Source: Escherichia coli
GTDB lineage: Bacteria; Pseudomonadota; Gammaproteobacteria; Enterobacterales; Enterobacteriaceae
DNA length: 64,000 nucleotides
Assembly: GCF_044324785.1 (NCBI RefSeq)
Contig: NZ_CP172127.1
Direction: 5' to 3' (one strand)
Part shown: one piece after another, positions 9,323 through 18,719 of the stretch
How the letters are laid out: the number at the start of each line of letters is the position of its first letter
Position numbering within the stretch: the stretch's first letter is position 1
Made by a program: the position numbers and the translations under genes
The notes under the pieces: generated by a model
What the model was told of the DNA's origin: nothing
Databases searched by the model: none
Seen by the model: only the letters and a program-made list of their open reading frames with translations

Positions 9323-9643
9323 ATGAACAACAGCACACTGAAGAGCCGGACAATAAGCGACGCGACAGCGGAAGAACTCGAGAGCAGGGGACTGTGGCGA
9401 CGTGCTGCCAGAAGGTGGCAGGATGTGATGATTACTCTTGAGAAAGACAGTCACAGACAGCTTGCAGTAATGAGAGCAAGGGAATGTATCAGGAAGGCAA
9501 AACGCCCGATACCTGAAAGCCGTATTGATATTCATACAGTCAGAAAGGCCGCAGACAGGACAATACAAAAAATGGGGCTACCGTCGCTTACTGATGAAAT
9601 ATGGCGCGATTACCCTGATAGCGTTAACGATGACGGTTATTAA
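9323..9643 (+). CDS. Hypothetical protein (106 aa)
   Basis: ORF directly after the SSB remnant; no recognisable motif. Confidence 0.25.
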   Translation: MNNSTLKSRTISDATAEELESRGLWRRAARRWQDVMITLEKDSHRQLAVMRARECIRKAKRPIPESRIDIHTVRKAADRTIQKMGLPSLTDEIWRDYPDSVNDDGY

Positions 9644-9926
9644 CTGGCGGGGGAAACACGATACCAGCGGGCGTGACTCGGGAGAATATATACCGCTGGT
9701 GGAACATTACCGGCCCTGATGGCTGGTGGCGTGCGTTACGACCTGAAAGACCATCCATGCGGGAAGGTGACACAGGAGCACCTGGCGAACGCGGGGAAGC
9801 GACTGGATGAGATTAAGAAAAAACAGCAGGAGCGCAGAAAAAGTAACCGTCTCATTAAAACGTCTTTCGCCTCCCTTTCCTGTTTCCTATGCTAATGTCC
9901 ATTTTCGCAGTAAAAGGACATTTACG

Positions 9927-10440
9927 ATGAATGCACGAAAGGCGGTACTGGCAGATAATCCGGAATTGATCCTGCGTTTGCTACAACTGAAATTTGACGA
10001 GACACTGTCGTACCCGCGCATTTCTGCACAGACCGGTGTCAGCAAAACCGCTATTTTTTCTCTGGTGAGGCGATTTCATCAGGTATTCACTGACGGGCAT
10101 CTTTCTGGTGAATATTCCTGCGTGCAACTGACCGGGCTCTTTTCCCGGGGCGATAATATTCAGCCCCGACAGTGACTCAGCCTGTAAAAACAGAGAAAAC
10201 CCGTCGGAACCGATTTTCACCAGAGTAAAAATGGAGACTTGTTCAGCAAACTCTTTTACCCGGAGCCTGTGTGGCCCAGATTGCACGAGAGTCTGGCATC
10301 AATGATAATGTTATTTTCAAATGGCTCAGACTCTGGCAAAACGAAGGGCGTGTTTCGCGGCGTCTTCCGGTAACAACCACTTCTGACGCAGGCGTTGAAT
10401 TATTACCTATGGAGATAACGCCGGATGAGCAGAAAGATCC
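9927..10440 (+). pseudogene. IS-type transposase N-terminal HTH remnant (two HTH segments in different frames; family uncertain, possibly IS630-like)
   Basis: MNARKAVLADNPELILRLLQLKFDETLSYPRISAQTGVSKTAIFSLVRRF (SD AAAGGA upstream) and, in another frame, MAQIARESGINDNVIFKWLRLWQNEGRVSRR; truncated where the ugpB remnant begins. Confidence 0.3.
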
Positions 10441-10980
10441 GATGATTCCCCTACCGCCAGCTTTTCGCCTGCGCCGGTATACGTTTCTTTATCTTTGCCC
10501 TGCATCACCCACAGGCTGGCTCCGCCGATAATGGCGTTTTGTGGTGCATCTTTCGCGTCAGCGTCGTAAGGCATCATGCCTACGCCGTAGTTGAATTTGG
10601 CGTACTCGCGAATGTTGGCAAGAGAACCGGAAGAGGCGGTGGTCATCGCGCAATCACCTCTATAGAACTTCTCGGTGGATTCATCCTTACGCCCGACGTA
10701 GATGAAGTCGCCCTTCTTGTTCATCTCCTCGAGCATGACGATGTGTTTCACCTGCTCCGGCTTGTTGAACTCCAGCACCGCGTCCGTGGCGTCAAAACCG
10801 TTGTTTTTGCTGGCAAACGGCAGACCGTTCCTGGCGCTAAAGTTTTCCAGTTGTATCCACCTCTTTGCCCATTTCCCCTTCCATAGAGTTCCAAAACGGA
10901 ATGGTCGTCACTGCCTGTGCATTGCCCATTAACGCCAGTCCGAGCACCAGTGATGAAGCTGTATAATGTAACGGTTTCAT
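10407..10980 (-). pseudogene. ugpB: sn-glycerol-3-phosphate-binding protein UgpB remnant (internal deletion, frameshift, truncated C-terminus)
   Basis: Minus-strand ATG at 10980 gives [42 protein letters not shown] (UgpB signal peptide/N-terminus), then after a frameshift jumps to ...[42 protein letters not shown]...[18 protein letters not shown] and terminates. Confidence 0.7.
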
Positions 10981-11735
10981 CGTTTATCTCTCTTGCTTGT
11001 TGTACCTGATGTGCAAATTCACTCGTTTTATGCTCGCGGGATTACATATCATGCCCGAATTGCAGAAAAATAACTTTTTATTACATGTGTAAGACAGTAA
11101 AACCTCAGAAAGATGACAGTGTGGTGCCGGCGCGGGTGAGGAAAAATGGAAGATGGGGAATGTATAAGCGGGAAAATAGGAGGGCCTGTGGATTGTAGAT
11201 AATGTGCTCATCGTTTTCATGCCGGATGAGACATAAACACTTTTATCTGAGCATTTCTATGTATTCGGACAGTTGTTCTTGGCATCCAATGGTGCAGGTT
11301 CTGTAGTGTGTGGTGGTAGCAATAGCCTCAGCTTCATTACAATATTTATTATCTCAAACATTCAAATGTCCTTGGCCCACTTTGATAGTCACTTTGTCGT
11401 GGTTATTATGTCTTTCCTTTTCCTAAAGCCCCATTATCTGTGCTGCAGCTTTCCCTCCATCAACGAACCAACAACCAGCAATGCCTGTCCCCCATAACAG
11501 CCCGGAAAATGGCACATTCTCAGATGATTTATCCCGCGAGCTATCCCGCCTACAGCTAATCGACCTGTTTAATACATCTTGACAGTCTGCTGGCAAGGTT
11601 ACCCTTCCCAATATTGTCCGTTTTTAACATATCTAATACGAGCCCCCATCAAATATGCTTCGTGTTCACTGTAAGTGACTAAAAGTGCTGTCTGCCCTGC
11701 CTCATGCAAAATATCACGAACTTCACGGCTCAGTC

Positions 11736-12237
11736 CTACCCTTGTTTTTTATCCAAGCTGGAAAATGGTTCATCTAGCAACAGGATATCTGGATTTGGAA
11801 CCAGTGACCTTGCAAGGGCAATACGTTGCTGCTGACCTCCTGAAAGTTCATGAGGATAGCTGTCTGAATAGTGGAATAAATCCACCATTTTCAACAGTTC
11901 TGTAACTCTGGTTCGCTGTACATCTCTCGGCAGTCTTCTCAGACCAAAGCCACGTTTTGTGAAACTGTAAGGTGGGGAAAGAGCGCATATTCCTGAAAGA
12001 CTATACCGACATGACATTTCTCCGGCGGAAAATGCATATCTGCGCTGGCCACACAATGCTGTGATACAAAAATTTCCCCTTGTTCAGGCGCTCAAAACCA
12101 GCTACAGCACGTAGTACTGTTGTTTTTCCACAACCTGATGTACCAAGCAGACATGCCAGTTCACCTTTACAGACTGACATACCCCCCGCCCCGCAATACA
12201 GGATATGGGCTATTGGGATAAACAACATGGACATCAT
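11736..12237 (-). pseudogene. ABC transporter ATP-binding protein remnant (frameshifted)
   Basis: Walker A LLGTSGCGKTT and signature/Walker [16 protein letters not shown]...[12 protein letters not shown] lie in two different frames. Confidence 0.55.
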
Positions 12238-12267
12238 TAATACATAAAGCTGTTTCTTCAGACATAA

Positions 12268-12868
12268 TCAATCCTCTGATTTCAGTCTTTCAGCTGGAAC
12301 AAACAAAATAACCGGAAATGTCCCTGCAAGAACAATCATTAAAGCAGAGATGGCCCCTTCTTCAAAAGTTCCACGGGCTGCTTCAGCATAAAGAAGTGTT
12401 ACTGGCAGTTCTTTCATCGCATCAGTGAAAACCAGCAGGGCACTGCTCACCAGAGCAACACAGGAAAGTGAACCCGAACAAAAGTTCCTGTACCATTTTC
12501 TCCCAGCAGACGTGAGGCTTGTTCCAGTGACTCTGGTATACGTCCCAGCCGGACATCAAGTGCGCCGATGGCTATTGCCTGAAATCGCATCGTACAGCAA
12601 ATCACCAACAGGACACCGACAGACATTAAAGGTAACCCCCTGTAATCCAGTAGTTCCGCCAGCCAGCGGTCATTTAGGGAGTCAGAAAACCAATCGCCAG
12701 AATCGTGCCTGGAAAGGCATAACCCAGCGACGCCACTCTCATCACACCGCGCCTGAACAGTGGCATAGCGTTGAGGAATTCCGGGCATTCCAGACTACGA
12801 GCAGACTGACAAAAATTACGACAAAGCGTTGAAGGAAGCCAGCGCGCGGACTGACAGGACTTTACCAT
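12268..12868 (-). pseudogene. ABC transporter permease remnant (split over three frames)
   Basis: Hydrophobic permease-like fragments incl. ...AMKELPVTLLY... and ...ALDVRLGRIPESLEQASRLLG... in successive frames. Confidence 0.45.
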
Positions 12869-12918
12869 AAAAACACAGGCTAACCGCGCCTGCGTTTTTA
12901 ATGACGGATGAAACAGAA

Positions 12919-14451
12919 TCAGGTGCCGATTATGCCGCCGTCGGCTTTTACGATAACGACAGTTGAGGAGCGCGGACGACCAGCCTTATCGCCGTCAGGC
13001 CAGCTTGATACTGCCGTCGGATGCTGCGGATCGCTAAGCCCTTCGCTTGGCTCGCCAGGGTGCTGGATGTTAATAAACAGCGTCCGGTTATCCGGAGTGA
13101 ACGCGATGCCGGTGATTTCGCAGCCGCGCGGGCCGGTCAGGAAGCGGCGGAACTCATTGGTACCGGGGATCGTCGCCACCATCTGGTTGTTGCCCATGCC
13201 TTTGTAATCTTTAATATTTATGGTTGATGACGACACGTCGGTCTGGATCCATAGCACGCCGCGGTGATCAAAGCTCAGGCCATCGGCGCTGCCGAATTCC
13301 GCACCCTTCATGCTGCCTTTGGTTTCCAGTTTGTCTGTATCGGTGCGACCGCCCATCACAAGAATATCCCAGGCAAACTGCAGCGCGGTCGGGTCACCGT
13401 TATGCTCCAACCAGTGAATGATGTGGCCGTAAACGTTTTTGGCGCGCGGGTTGGCCGCATCCACTGGCGCTTTTCCTTCCTTACCGCGATCGCTGTTGTT
13501 GGTGAGCGTGCAGTAAACGCTGCCGGCGTGATATGGATCGACCGCAATCCACTCCGGGCGGTCCATTTTAGTGGCCCCCACGGCGTCTGCCGCCAGACGG
13601 GTTTTAATCAACAGGTCGCCCTGGTTTTCAAACCCTTTACTGGCGTCGAGCCCATTTTGTCCGAACACCAGCGGTAGCCACTCGCCTTTGCCGTCGTCGT
13701 TAAATTTCGCCACGTACAGAGTGCCTTTTTCCAGCAGGTGCATGTTGGCTTTGCGATCCTGCGGGTTGAATTTTCCTTCCGAGACAAATTTATATATGTA
13801 TTCGAATTTCTGGTCATCGCCCATATAGACCACAACGCGGTTATCCGGGGCAATTGTCACCGCTGCGCCTTCGTGTTTGATGCGACCAAGCGCGGTGTGC
13901 TTGCGCGGCACTGAATGCGGATCGTATGGATCGATTTCCACCACCCAGCCGAAGCGGTTCGGCTCGTTCGGCGTGGCGTCGACGCTGAACCTTTTATCCA
14001 CTTCGTTCCAGCGGTAAGAGTCGTCGCTCCCGCTGATACCGTAACGTTTTTCCAGCGGGTTCATCTCTGCTTTTTTTACGAAAATATCGGACCAGTTCTC
14101 TTCACACGTCAGATAGGTGCCCCACGGCGTAAATCCGTTGGCACAGTTCTGCATGGTGCCGAGAATGATTTCGCCTTTCGGATCGTCAACTGTTTGCATC
14201 AGTGGGTTATGCAGCGCCGGACCGGTGATTTTCATCGGCGTGTTAACGGTGATGCGGCGTGCGAACGATGACGGGCGCACCACTTCCCAGCCCAGGGGCA
14301 CTTTTTTTACTTCAATGACCGACACGCCCATCGCGTTCTGGCCTTTAAGAGCTTTATCGGCGCTCCAGTTGGCATCGCCATCTTTAAACAGTAGACCGTT
14401 ATCGATGTATTCATGGTTTATGGCAAGCAGGCCGTGATCGGAGCTGTTCCC
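12919..14451 (-). pseudogene. phoX: PhoX-family (DUF839-like) secreted phosphatase gene, 3' part, separated from its 5' part by the prophage
   Basis: Reading frame continues exactly from the fragment at 52793-53245 across the target-site duplication (...SLPQGGN | SSDHGLLAINHEY...); the first 16 codons of ORF 12919-14499 are phage-end derived. Confidence 0.65.
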
Positions 14452-14500
14452 TGATGCGCCGCGCGATAAATGCACTCTATCTTGTGCGATAAATGGCATC
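14452..14500. repeat. Prophage left terminus with two putative transposase-binding motifs
   Basis: GATAAATG at 14465-14472 and 14488-14495; mirrored at identical offsets at the right end. Confidence 0.6.
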
Positions 14501-14529
14501 CACGCGGCGTTTCATTATTTGAAAAAGAA

Positions 14530-15102
14530 TTACATTTCAGGTTGCGTTATGACAGTCCCAACAGGGTGGTAGCGGTAGATCGTTGACAGTCCAATATCAT
14601 AGATAATTGCCAGCCGCTTTCTGTCATACCCTTTCTGGAGCAATCTTGCGATCTGCTCATGCTGCTCCTTCGTCAGTTTCGGGCGACGTCCTCCAACTCT
14701 TCCTTGTGCTCGCGCAGCAGCCAGTCCTGCCAGCGTGCGCTCAACTATCAGTTCACGCTCCATTTCTGCCAGTGCACCCATCATATGAAAAAAGAACCTT
14801 CCCATCGGAGTGCTGGTATCGATTGAATCCGTCAGACTGCGAAAATTGACACCTTTTGCGCGTAGCTCTTCTGTGAGAGCAATGAGGTGTTTCATTCTTC
14901 TACCCAACCGATCCAGCTTCCAGACCACCAATGTATCCCCTCTTTTAAGGCACTTTAAAGCGCGTTTCAGGCCTGGTCGTTCCGACTTGGTTCCGCTCAT
15001 TTTGTCCTCAAAAATCTGTTCACATCCTGCGCACATTAATGCATTGCGTTGCAAATCTGTGTTTTGGTCATTTGTTGACACACGTATGTAGCCAATCAGC
15101 AT
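14530..15102 (-). CDS. pin: Site-specific DNA invertase, Hin/Gin/Pin serine recombinase family
   Basis: MLIGYIRVSTNDQNTDLQRNAL...GDTLVVWKLDRLGR...MGALAEMERELIVERT is the invertase catalytic domain plus C-terminal HTH; adjacent to tail-fibre cassettes. Confidence 0.9.
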   Translation of the reverse strand: MLIGYIRVSTNDQNTDLQRNALMCAGCEQIFEDKMSGTKSERPGLKRALKCLKRGDTLVVWKLDRLGRRMKHLIALTEELRAKGVNFRSLTDSIDTSTPMGRFFFHMMGALAEMERELIVERTLAGLAAARAQGRVGGRRPKLTKEQHEQIARLLQKGYDRKRLAIIYDIGLSTIYRYHPVGTVITQPEM

Positions 15103-15147
15103 TAAAAATACTCCCTTTTGAGTGGTTAAAGTACTGAGATAATGTGG

Positions 15148-15173
15148 GGAGGATTTGAGAGATAAACGTTGGT
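15148..15173. other. Putative invertase crossover site A (gix/pix-like), core AAACG-TT-GGTTT
   Basis: Core AAACGTTGGTTT at 15155-15166 at the start of the conserved ~200-bp fibre box; identical inverted core at 16779-16790. Confidence 0.45.
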
Positions 15174-15686
15174 TTAGGAGAAGGCTCGGCGCTACCCGTT
15201 GGTGTGCCTGTTCCGTGGCCCACCGCCACACCGCCAGCAGGCTGGTTAAAGTGCGACGGGCGCGCCTTTACAAAAGAACAATATCCTGTTCTGGCCAGAG
15301 TCTACCCGACCCTCCGTCTTCCCGATTTACGCGGTGAGTTTATCCGTGGATGGGACGACGGGCGCAAAGTTGATACAGGACGTAAGTTGCTGTCCGCACA
15401 AGGGGCAACGCTGTTAAGAACAGCAATGCTGGATTATTATAACCAGGACACTACGGGAACCTCGGGGATAGTCGGCATGGGATTCAACAATGAAGATTCC
15501 ATTACAGACCTTCGTGAGGGCAGCTTTAAAATGCCGGACGGGACAACATTCAGCGATCCTGTCGTGGCAATGTCAGACAATGGTATGCAGGCTACTATTC
15601 TGACCTCTATCAGAAGCGGGTATGCGAAGGGTATCACTGTCAGACCCCGTAGCATTGCACTTAATTACATTGTGAGGGCAGTTTAA
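15150..15686 (+). CDS. Tail-fibre C-terminal cassette 3 (start-less alternative variable domain)
   Basis: Frame opens after TGA at 15147-15149 with no ATG; encodes the conserved box GEGSALPVGVPVPWPTATPPAGWL...RGEFIRGWDDGRK then a unique C-terminus ending NYIVRAV. Confidence 0.7.
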
Positions 15687-16300
15687 TGAGTAACACTGCA
15701 GTTCTGGATGAAAACGGTATCGCCACTGTAGCGGGCGAGATCACTGTATATCACTATGACGAGGAAACCCGGGAATACACCTCATCCTCTGTGGAGTATC
15801 TCGCCCTTGGGGTGGGTACTCCGGCACATTCGTGCGCCGATGCACCGCCGGAGGCAATTTCGGGTTACGTGGTTTGCCGGACTGCCACGCTGAACGGGTG
15901 GGAGCATGTGCCTGATCACCGCGGCGAGACGGTATACAGCACGGAGAACGGTAACCCCGTTCTGATTACCCAACCGGGTGATTACCCGGCGGACACCACC
16001 ACAAAACAGCCGGCCACGCCATGGGATACCTGGAACGGTGAGGCGTGGGTAACCGATACTGAACGGCAGCGAGCCGCAGAACTGGAGGTTGCCAGACAGC
16101 AACGCCAGCAACGGGTGAAACAGGCGATGGCGTCCGTCGATCTTATCAACCTCAAACTGCGTGCTGGTCGCAGTCTGACACCAGAAGAAACGGCAAAACT
16201 GAACGCCGTGCTGGATTATATCGACGAGCTGAACGCACTGGATATCAGCACGGCACCTGAAATCAGCTGGCCGGAAGCGCCACTGGCACTTGCCAGCTGA
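15686..16300 (+). CDS. Tail fibre assembly protein (Tfa/U-like)
   Basis: ATG overlaps cassette-3 stop (TAATG); 204 aa, in the position and orientation of a Tfa chaperone for cassette 3. Confidence 0.65.
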   Translation: MSNTAVLDENGIATVAGEITVYHYDEETREYTSSSVEYLALGVGTPAHSCADAPPEAISGYVVCRTATLNGWEHVPDHRGETVYSTENGNPVLITQPGDYPADTTTKQPATPWDTWNGEAWVTDTERQRAAELEVARQQRQQRVKQAMASVDLINLKLRAGRSLTPEETAKLNAVLDYIDELNALDISTAPEISWPEAPLALAS

Positions 16301-16306
16301 ACGGTA

Positions 16307-16780
16307 TCACGCCGCCCTCACGATATAGTTAAACGCGATATTGCGGGGGCGGGTTATGTTAAAGAATGCTCCGTTTAATTCGGCTTTTGCGCGACTGTTT
16401 GTTCCACCCAGAATTGCGTACCACAAATAATCGCTACGGTAATTCCCCGCAAACACCTTATCGCCGCCATAGTCAATATTATTTCCGTTACTCATGTACG
16501 AGATATCCAGCGAAGAATCGTTATCGTCATGACCGCCGACCAGTGTACCTTTCTGCCATGAAAGCAACTTACGCCCCTCGTCAATCTTGCGCCCGTCGTC
16601 CCATCCACGGATAAACTCACCGCGTAAATCGGGAAGACGGAGGGTCGGGTAGACTCTGGCCAGAACAGGATATTGTTCTTTGGTGAACGTAGCTCCGTTG
16701 CACTGTAACCAGCCTGCTGGCGGTGTGGCGGTGGGCCACGGAACAGGCACACCAACAGGCAATGCAGAGCCTTCCCCCAA
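16307..16780 (-). CDS. Tail-fibre C-terminal cassette 2 (unfused alternative variable domain, TTG-initiated frame)
   Basis: Begins with the same conserved box as cassettes 1 and 3 but has a different distal sequence; lies directly after the main fibre stop in +1 frame. Confidence 0.55.
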   Translation of the reverse strand: MGEGSALPVGVPVPWPTATPPAGWLQCNGATFTKEQYPVLARVYPTLRLPDLRGEFIRGWDDGRKIDEGRKLLSWQKGTLVGGHDDNDSSLDISYMSNGNNIDYGGDKVFAGNYRSDYLWYAILGGTNSRAKAELNGAFFNITRPRNIAFNYIVRAA

Positions 16781-16798
16781 ACCAACGTTTTTATGCGG
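16773..16798. other. Putative invertase crossover site B (inverted relative to site A)
   Basis: + strand AAACCAACGTTT at 16779-16790 is the reverse complement of the site A core. Confidence 0.45.
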
Positions 16799-18719
16799 CC
16801 CTTACGATGTAATTAAACGCAACATTGCGGGGGCGCATTGATATCCATGCCCCGGTAAAATTATCCTCCGCTGTCCTTTGAATACCCGTTATAGAGTTAT
16901 CTGCTGATGCAGGAACATAATCGCTATTATTTCCTGCTTTAGGATTAGCTGGGTTTCCAACGGTTATAACAGAATCAGCAGTAGCAAAAGCGATACCTAC
17001 TTTGACATTAGTATTCAGATCGTAACCGTAATAATCCTGCAAAGCTGTACGAATAAATGTTGCAGCCTGACCACTTAGCAATGAACGCCCCGTATCAACT
17101 TTGCGCCCGTCGTCCCATCCACGGATAAACTCACCGCGCAAATCGGGAAGACGGAGGGTCGGGTAGACTCTGGCCAGAACAGGATATTGTTCTTTTGTAA
17201 AGGCGCGCCCGTCACACTTTAACCAGCCTGCTGGCGGTGTGGCGGTGGGCCATGGAACAGGCACACCAACAGGCAGTGCAGAGCCTTCCCCCAAACCAAG
17301 GTAATTGAGGACATCTTTTATACTGCCCTTAGCGATAATAGCGCGACCAATAGCTGTAAGGGTTGCCAGCGCTGCGCGGTCTGCTCCGGTAAAATAAGGC
17401 AACCGATCTGCTGCAGTGGCAAGTCCTGCCAGAGCAGTGAGCGTGGCATCTGCCGGTTGTTTTCCGTTTGCCAGATCGTATGCAGCCTTGACCGCTTTCG
17501 GTGTGGCGGCCAGTATTTCAGACGTGCTGTTGATGGCACTGCTCAATTGTATGGTGCCTTTTGCCGTCAGCGAGGCAGCAGGCACTCCCGTTATCTGACT
17601 CCACGGGTGAGTGTGGCTGACGGGCGCCTTGCCGGCTGCAAGGTCGTATGCAGCCTTGACCGCCTTCGGCGTGGCAGCCTCAGTTTCTGATTGACTGTCC
17701 GTGGCGCTGCTCAGTTGTACGGTGCCTTTTGCCGTCAGCGAGGCAGCAGGCACTCCCGTTATCTGACTCCACGGGTGAGTGTGGCTGACGGGGGCCTTGC
17801 CGGCAGCCAGGTCATATGCAGCCTTGACGGCCTTTGGTGTGGCGGCCAGCGTTTCAGAGGTGCTGTTGGTGGCACTGCTCAGTTGTACGATCCCTTTACG
17901 GGTCGTTGTTGCATCCTGGGCTGTGTATTTTCCCCGGGCCAGATCATACGCGATTTTCACAGCCTTCGGCGTGGCAGCCTCAGTTTCTGATTGACTGTCC
18001 GTGGCGCTGCTCAGTTGTACGGTGCCTTTTGCCGTCAGCGAGGCAGCAGGCACTCCCGTTATCTGACTCCACGGGTGAGTGTGGCTGACGGGGGCCTTGC
18101 CGGCAGCTAGGTCATATGCAGCCTTGACGGCCTTTGGTGTGGCGGCCAGCGTTTCAGAGGTGCTGTTGGTGGCACTGCTCAGTTGTACGATCCCTTTACG
18201 GGTCGTTGTTGCATCCTGGGCTGTGTATTTTCCCCGGGCCAGATCATACGCGATTTTCACAGCCTTCGGCGTGGCAGCCTCAGTTTCTGATTGACTGTCC
18301 GTGGCACTGCTCAGCTGTACGGTGCCTTTTGCCGTCAGCGAGGCAGCAGGCACTCCCGTTATCTGACTCCACGGGTGAGTGTGACTGACGGGTGCCTTGC
18401 CGGCTGCAAGGTCGTATGCAGCCTTGACGGCTTTTGGTGTGGCGGCCAGCGTTTCAGAGGTGCTGTTGGTGGCACTGCTCAGTTGGGTGAACCCCTTAGC
18501 TGTCAGTGTCGCGTCCGGGTGGTTACGGGAACGTACGTGTTCAGCCAGTGACTGTGCGGCTTCCTCCGTTTTTTTCTTCAGCCATTTCGTCCTGTTTGCC
18601 AGTTGCCGGGGGGCTCGATTTGATATCCCGTCAGCACCACCCAGAACCGGATCTGATGTCTCCAGTTGATAGATTTTTTCTTCCCACTTTTCTGTTTCAT
18701 TCAGGTTTCCCATAATCAA
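16791..18719 (-). CDS. Tail fibre protein (642 aa) with internal repeats and C-terminal cassette 1
   Basis: Repeated QLSSAT..SET.AATPKAVK.AYDLA.GK fibre repeat motif; C-terminal region carries the conserved box and ends NYIVRAA. Confidence 0.85.
   Translation of the reverse strand: MIMGNLNETEKWEEKIYQLETSDPVLGGADGISNRAPRQLANRTKWLKKKTEEAAQSLAEHVRSRNHPDATLTAKGFTQLSSATNSTSETLAATPKAVKAAYDLAAGKAPVSHTHPWSQITGVPAASLTAKGTVQLSSATDSQSETEAATPKAVKIAYDLARGKYTAQDATTTRKGIVQLSSATNSTSETLAATPKAVKAAYDLAAGKAPVSHTHPWSQITGVPAASLTAKGTVQLSSATDSQSETEAATPKAVKIAYDLARGKYTAQDATTTRKGIVQLSSATNSTSETLAATPKAVKAAYDLAAGKAPVSHTHPWSQITGVPAASLTAKGTVQLSSATDSQSETEAATPKAVKAAYDLAAGKAPVSHTHPWSQITGVPAASLTAKGTIQLSSAINSTSEILAATPKAVKAAYDLANGKQPADATLTALAGLATAADRLPYFTGADRAALATLTAIGRAIIAKGSIKDVLNYLGLGEGSALPVGVPVPWPTATPPAGWLKCDGRAFTKEQYPVLARVYPTLRLPDLRGEFIRGWDDGRKVDTGRSLLSGQAATFIRTALQDYYGYDLNTNVKVGIAFATADSVITVGNPANPKAGNNSDYVPASADNSITGIQRTAEDNFTGAWISMRPRNVAFNYIVRAA
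17286..17311. other. Putative crossover site C inside the main fibre gene (one half-site degenerate)
   Basis: Reverse complement reads TCAATTACC-TT-GGTTTGGGGGAA; right half conserved, left half diverged. Confidence 0.3.
17290..18510. repeat. Tandem ~300-bp coding repeats within the tail-fibre gene
   Basis: Shadow ORFs 17779-17994 and 18079-18294 are identical (300-bp period); 17834-18088 and 18134-18388 near-identical; protein shows about seven copies of a 45-55-aa motif. Confidence 0.75.

Noticed and set aside
13264-13677. 137-aa plus-strand ORF and neighbours
   Set aside because: Antisense to the phoX 3' fragment
14511-14530. Direct similarity between GAAAAAGAATTACATTTCAG near the left end and GGAAAAGAATTTCAGTTC (52693-52712) near the right end
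   Set aside because: Direct rather than inverted and imperfect; could be chance or a host-factor site, and I cannot assign significance without statistics
17416-18715. Cluster of plus-strand ORFs with repeated identical products
   Set aside because: Antisense shadows of the tail-fibre tandem repeats; the repeats are coding (protein motif repeats), so a CRISPR or noncoding interpretation is not supported
16791-18719. Diversity-generating retroelement targeting the tail fibre
   Set aside because: No reverse transcriptase gene and no template/variable repeat pair with adenine-specific differences; variation is instead provided by invertase cassettes
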